Below, piece after piece: positions 24,766 through 24,948 of a stretch of DNA of 24,948 bases. Each line of letters starts with the position of its first letter. Position 1 is the first letter of the stretch. Origin of the DNA: Candidatus Zhuqueibacterota bacterium (GTDB lineage Bacteria; Zhuqueibacterota; Zhuqueibacteria; Oceanimicrobiales; Oceanimicrobiaceae); contig JAJDAE010000165.1 of assembly GCA_029262035.1 (NCBI GenBank), forward strand, positions 1 to 24,948. The letters run 5' to 3'. The position numbers and the translations under genes were made by a program. The notes beneath the pieces are model-generated. The model made no database searches. It worked only from the letters and a program-made list of their open reading frames with translations, and had not been told where the DNA came from.

Positions 24766-24948
24766 ATGCAAACTTTAGAAGCTTTCAAAATGGCCTTGTC
24801 TGCAATTACGGCGCATAAACTGCGTTCGTTTTTGACTCTGATCGGAATTATCGCCGGCGTCGCCTCAATTATCGCGGTAATGACGGGTATTTCTGTGATT
24901 CAAAATACCATGGAAAAGGAAATGAGCGTTCTGGGCACTACAACTTTT
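24766..24948 (+). CDS. Second ABC transporter permease (MacB/FtsX family), 3'-truncated by the window edge
   Basis: ATG at 24766 opens [61 protein letters not shown]. This is the same N-terminal architecture as the preceding permease. The frame is open to the window end and is not in the ORF track. Confidence 0.85.
   Translation, partial: MQTLEAFKMALSAITAHKLRSFLTLIGIIAGVASIIAVMTGISVIQNTMEKEMSVLGTTTF

Noticed and set aside
1-24948. CRISPR arrays, IS elements, integrases, prophage or toxin-antitoxin modules, rRNA or tRNA genes
   Set aside because: Scanning of intergenic regions and the ORF list showed no spaced direct-repeat arrays, terminal inverted repeats flanking a transposase-like ORF, or recombinase motifs. 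All sizeable ORFs are accounted for by the genes listed.

Overview
Chromosomal-looking window from an unidentified, moderately AT-rich bacterium. It holds about 27 tightly packed protein genes. Reading by eye, I found no rRNA, tRNA, CRISPR array, IS element or integrase. Most genes are ordinary: a DnaE-family polymerase, a penicillin-acylase-family Ntn hydrolase, a DEAD-box helicase, an AI-2E transporter, an FKBP isomerase, a class IV aminotransferase, and MacA/MacB-type efflux components at both window edges. The standout is a five-gene minus-strand operon (15148 down to 10059) with gaps of 1-16 nt. It encodes (1) a bitopic membrane protein with a short FliF-like periplasmic part, then a TM helix, then a full-length FliG-like cytoplasmic part, (2) a secreted protein with a FlgO/CsgG-like N-domain and a beta-rich C-half, (3) a TPR lipoprotein, (4) a MotA/PomA-type stator subunit and (5) a MotB-type subunit. 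No other flagellar, chemotaxis or type III export gene lies in the window. I read this as a candidate self-contained rotor-stator module (an ion-driven envelope motor) outside a flagellar locus. Secondary points are a DnaE polymerase mixing replicative and DnaE2-like traits with an ~85-aa lysine/glutamate-rich insertion, an unannotated 27-codon hydrophobic ORF with a strong Shine-Dalgarno, a strong orphan hairpin, and an AT-rich 400-bp spacer next to an orphan small gene. All homology calls come from by-eye motif recognition and need HMM or structure searches.
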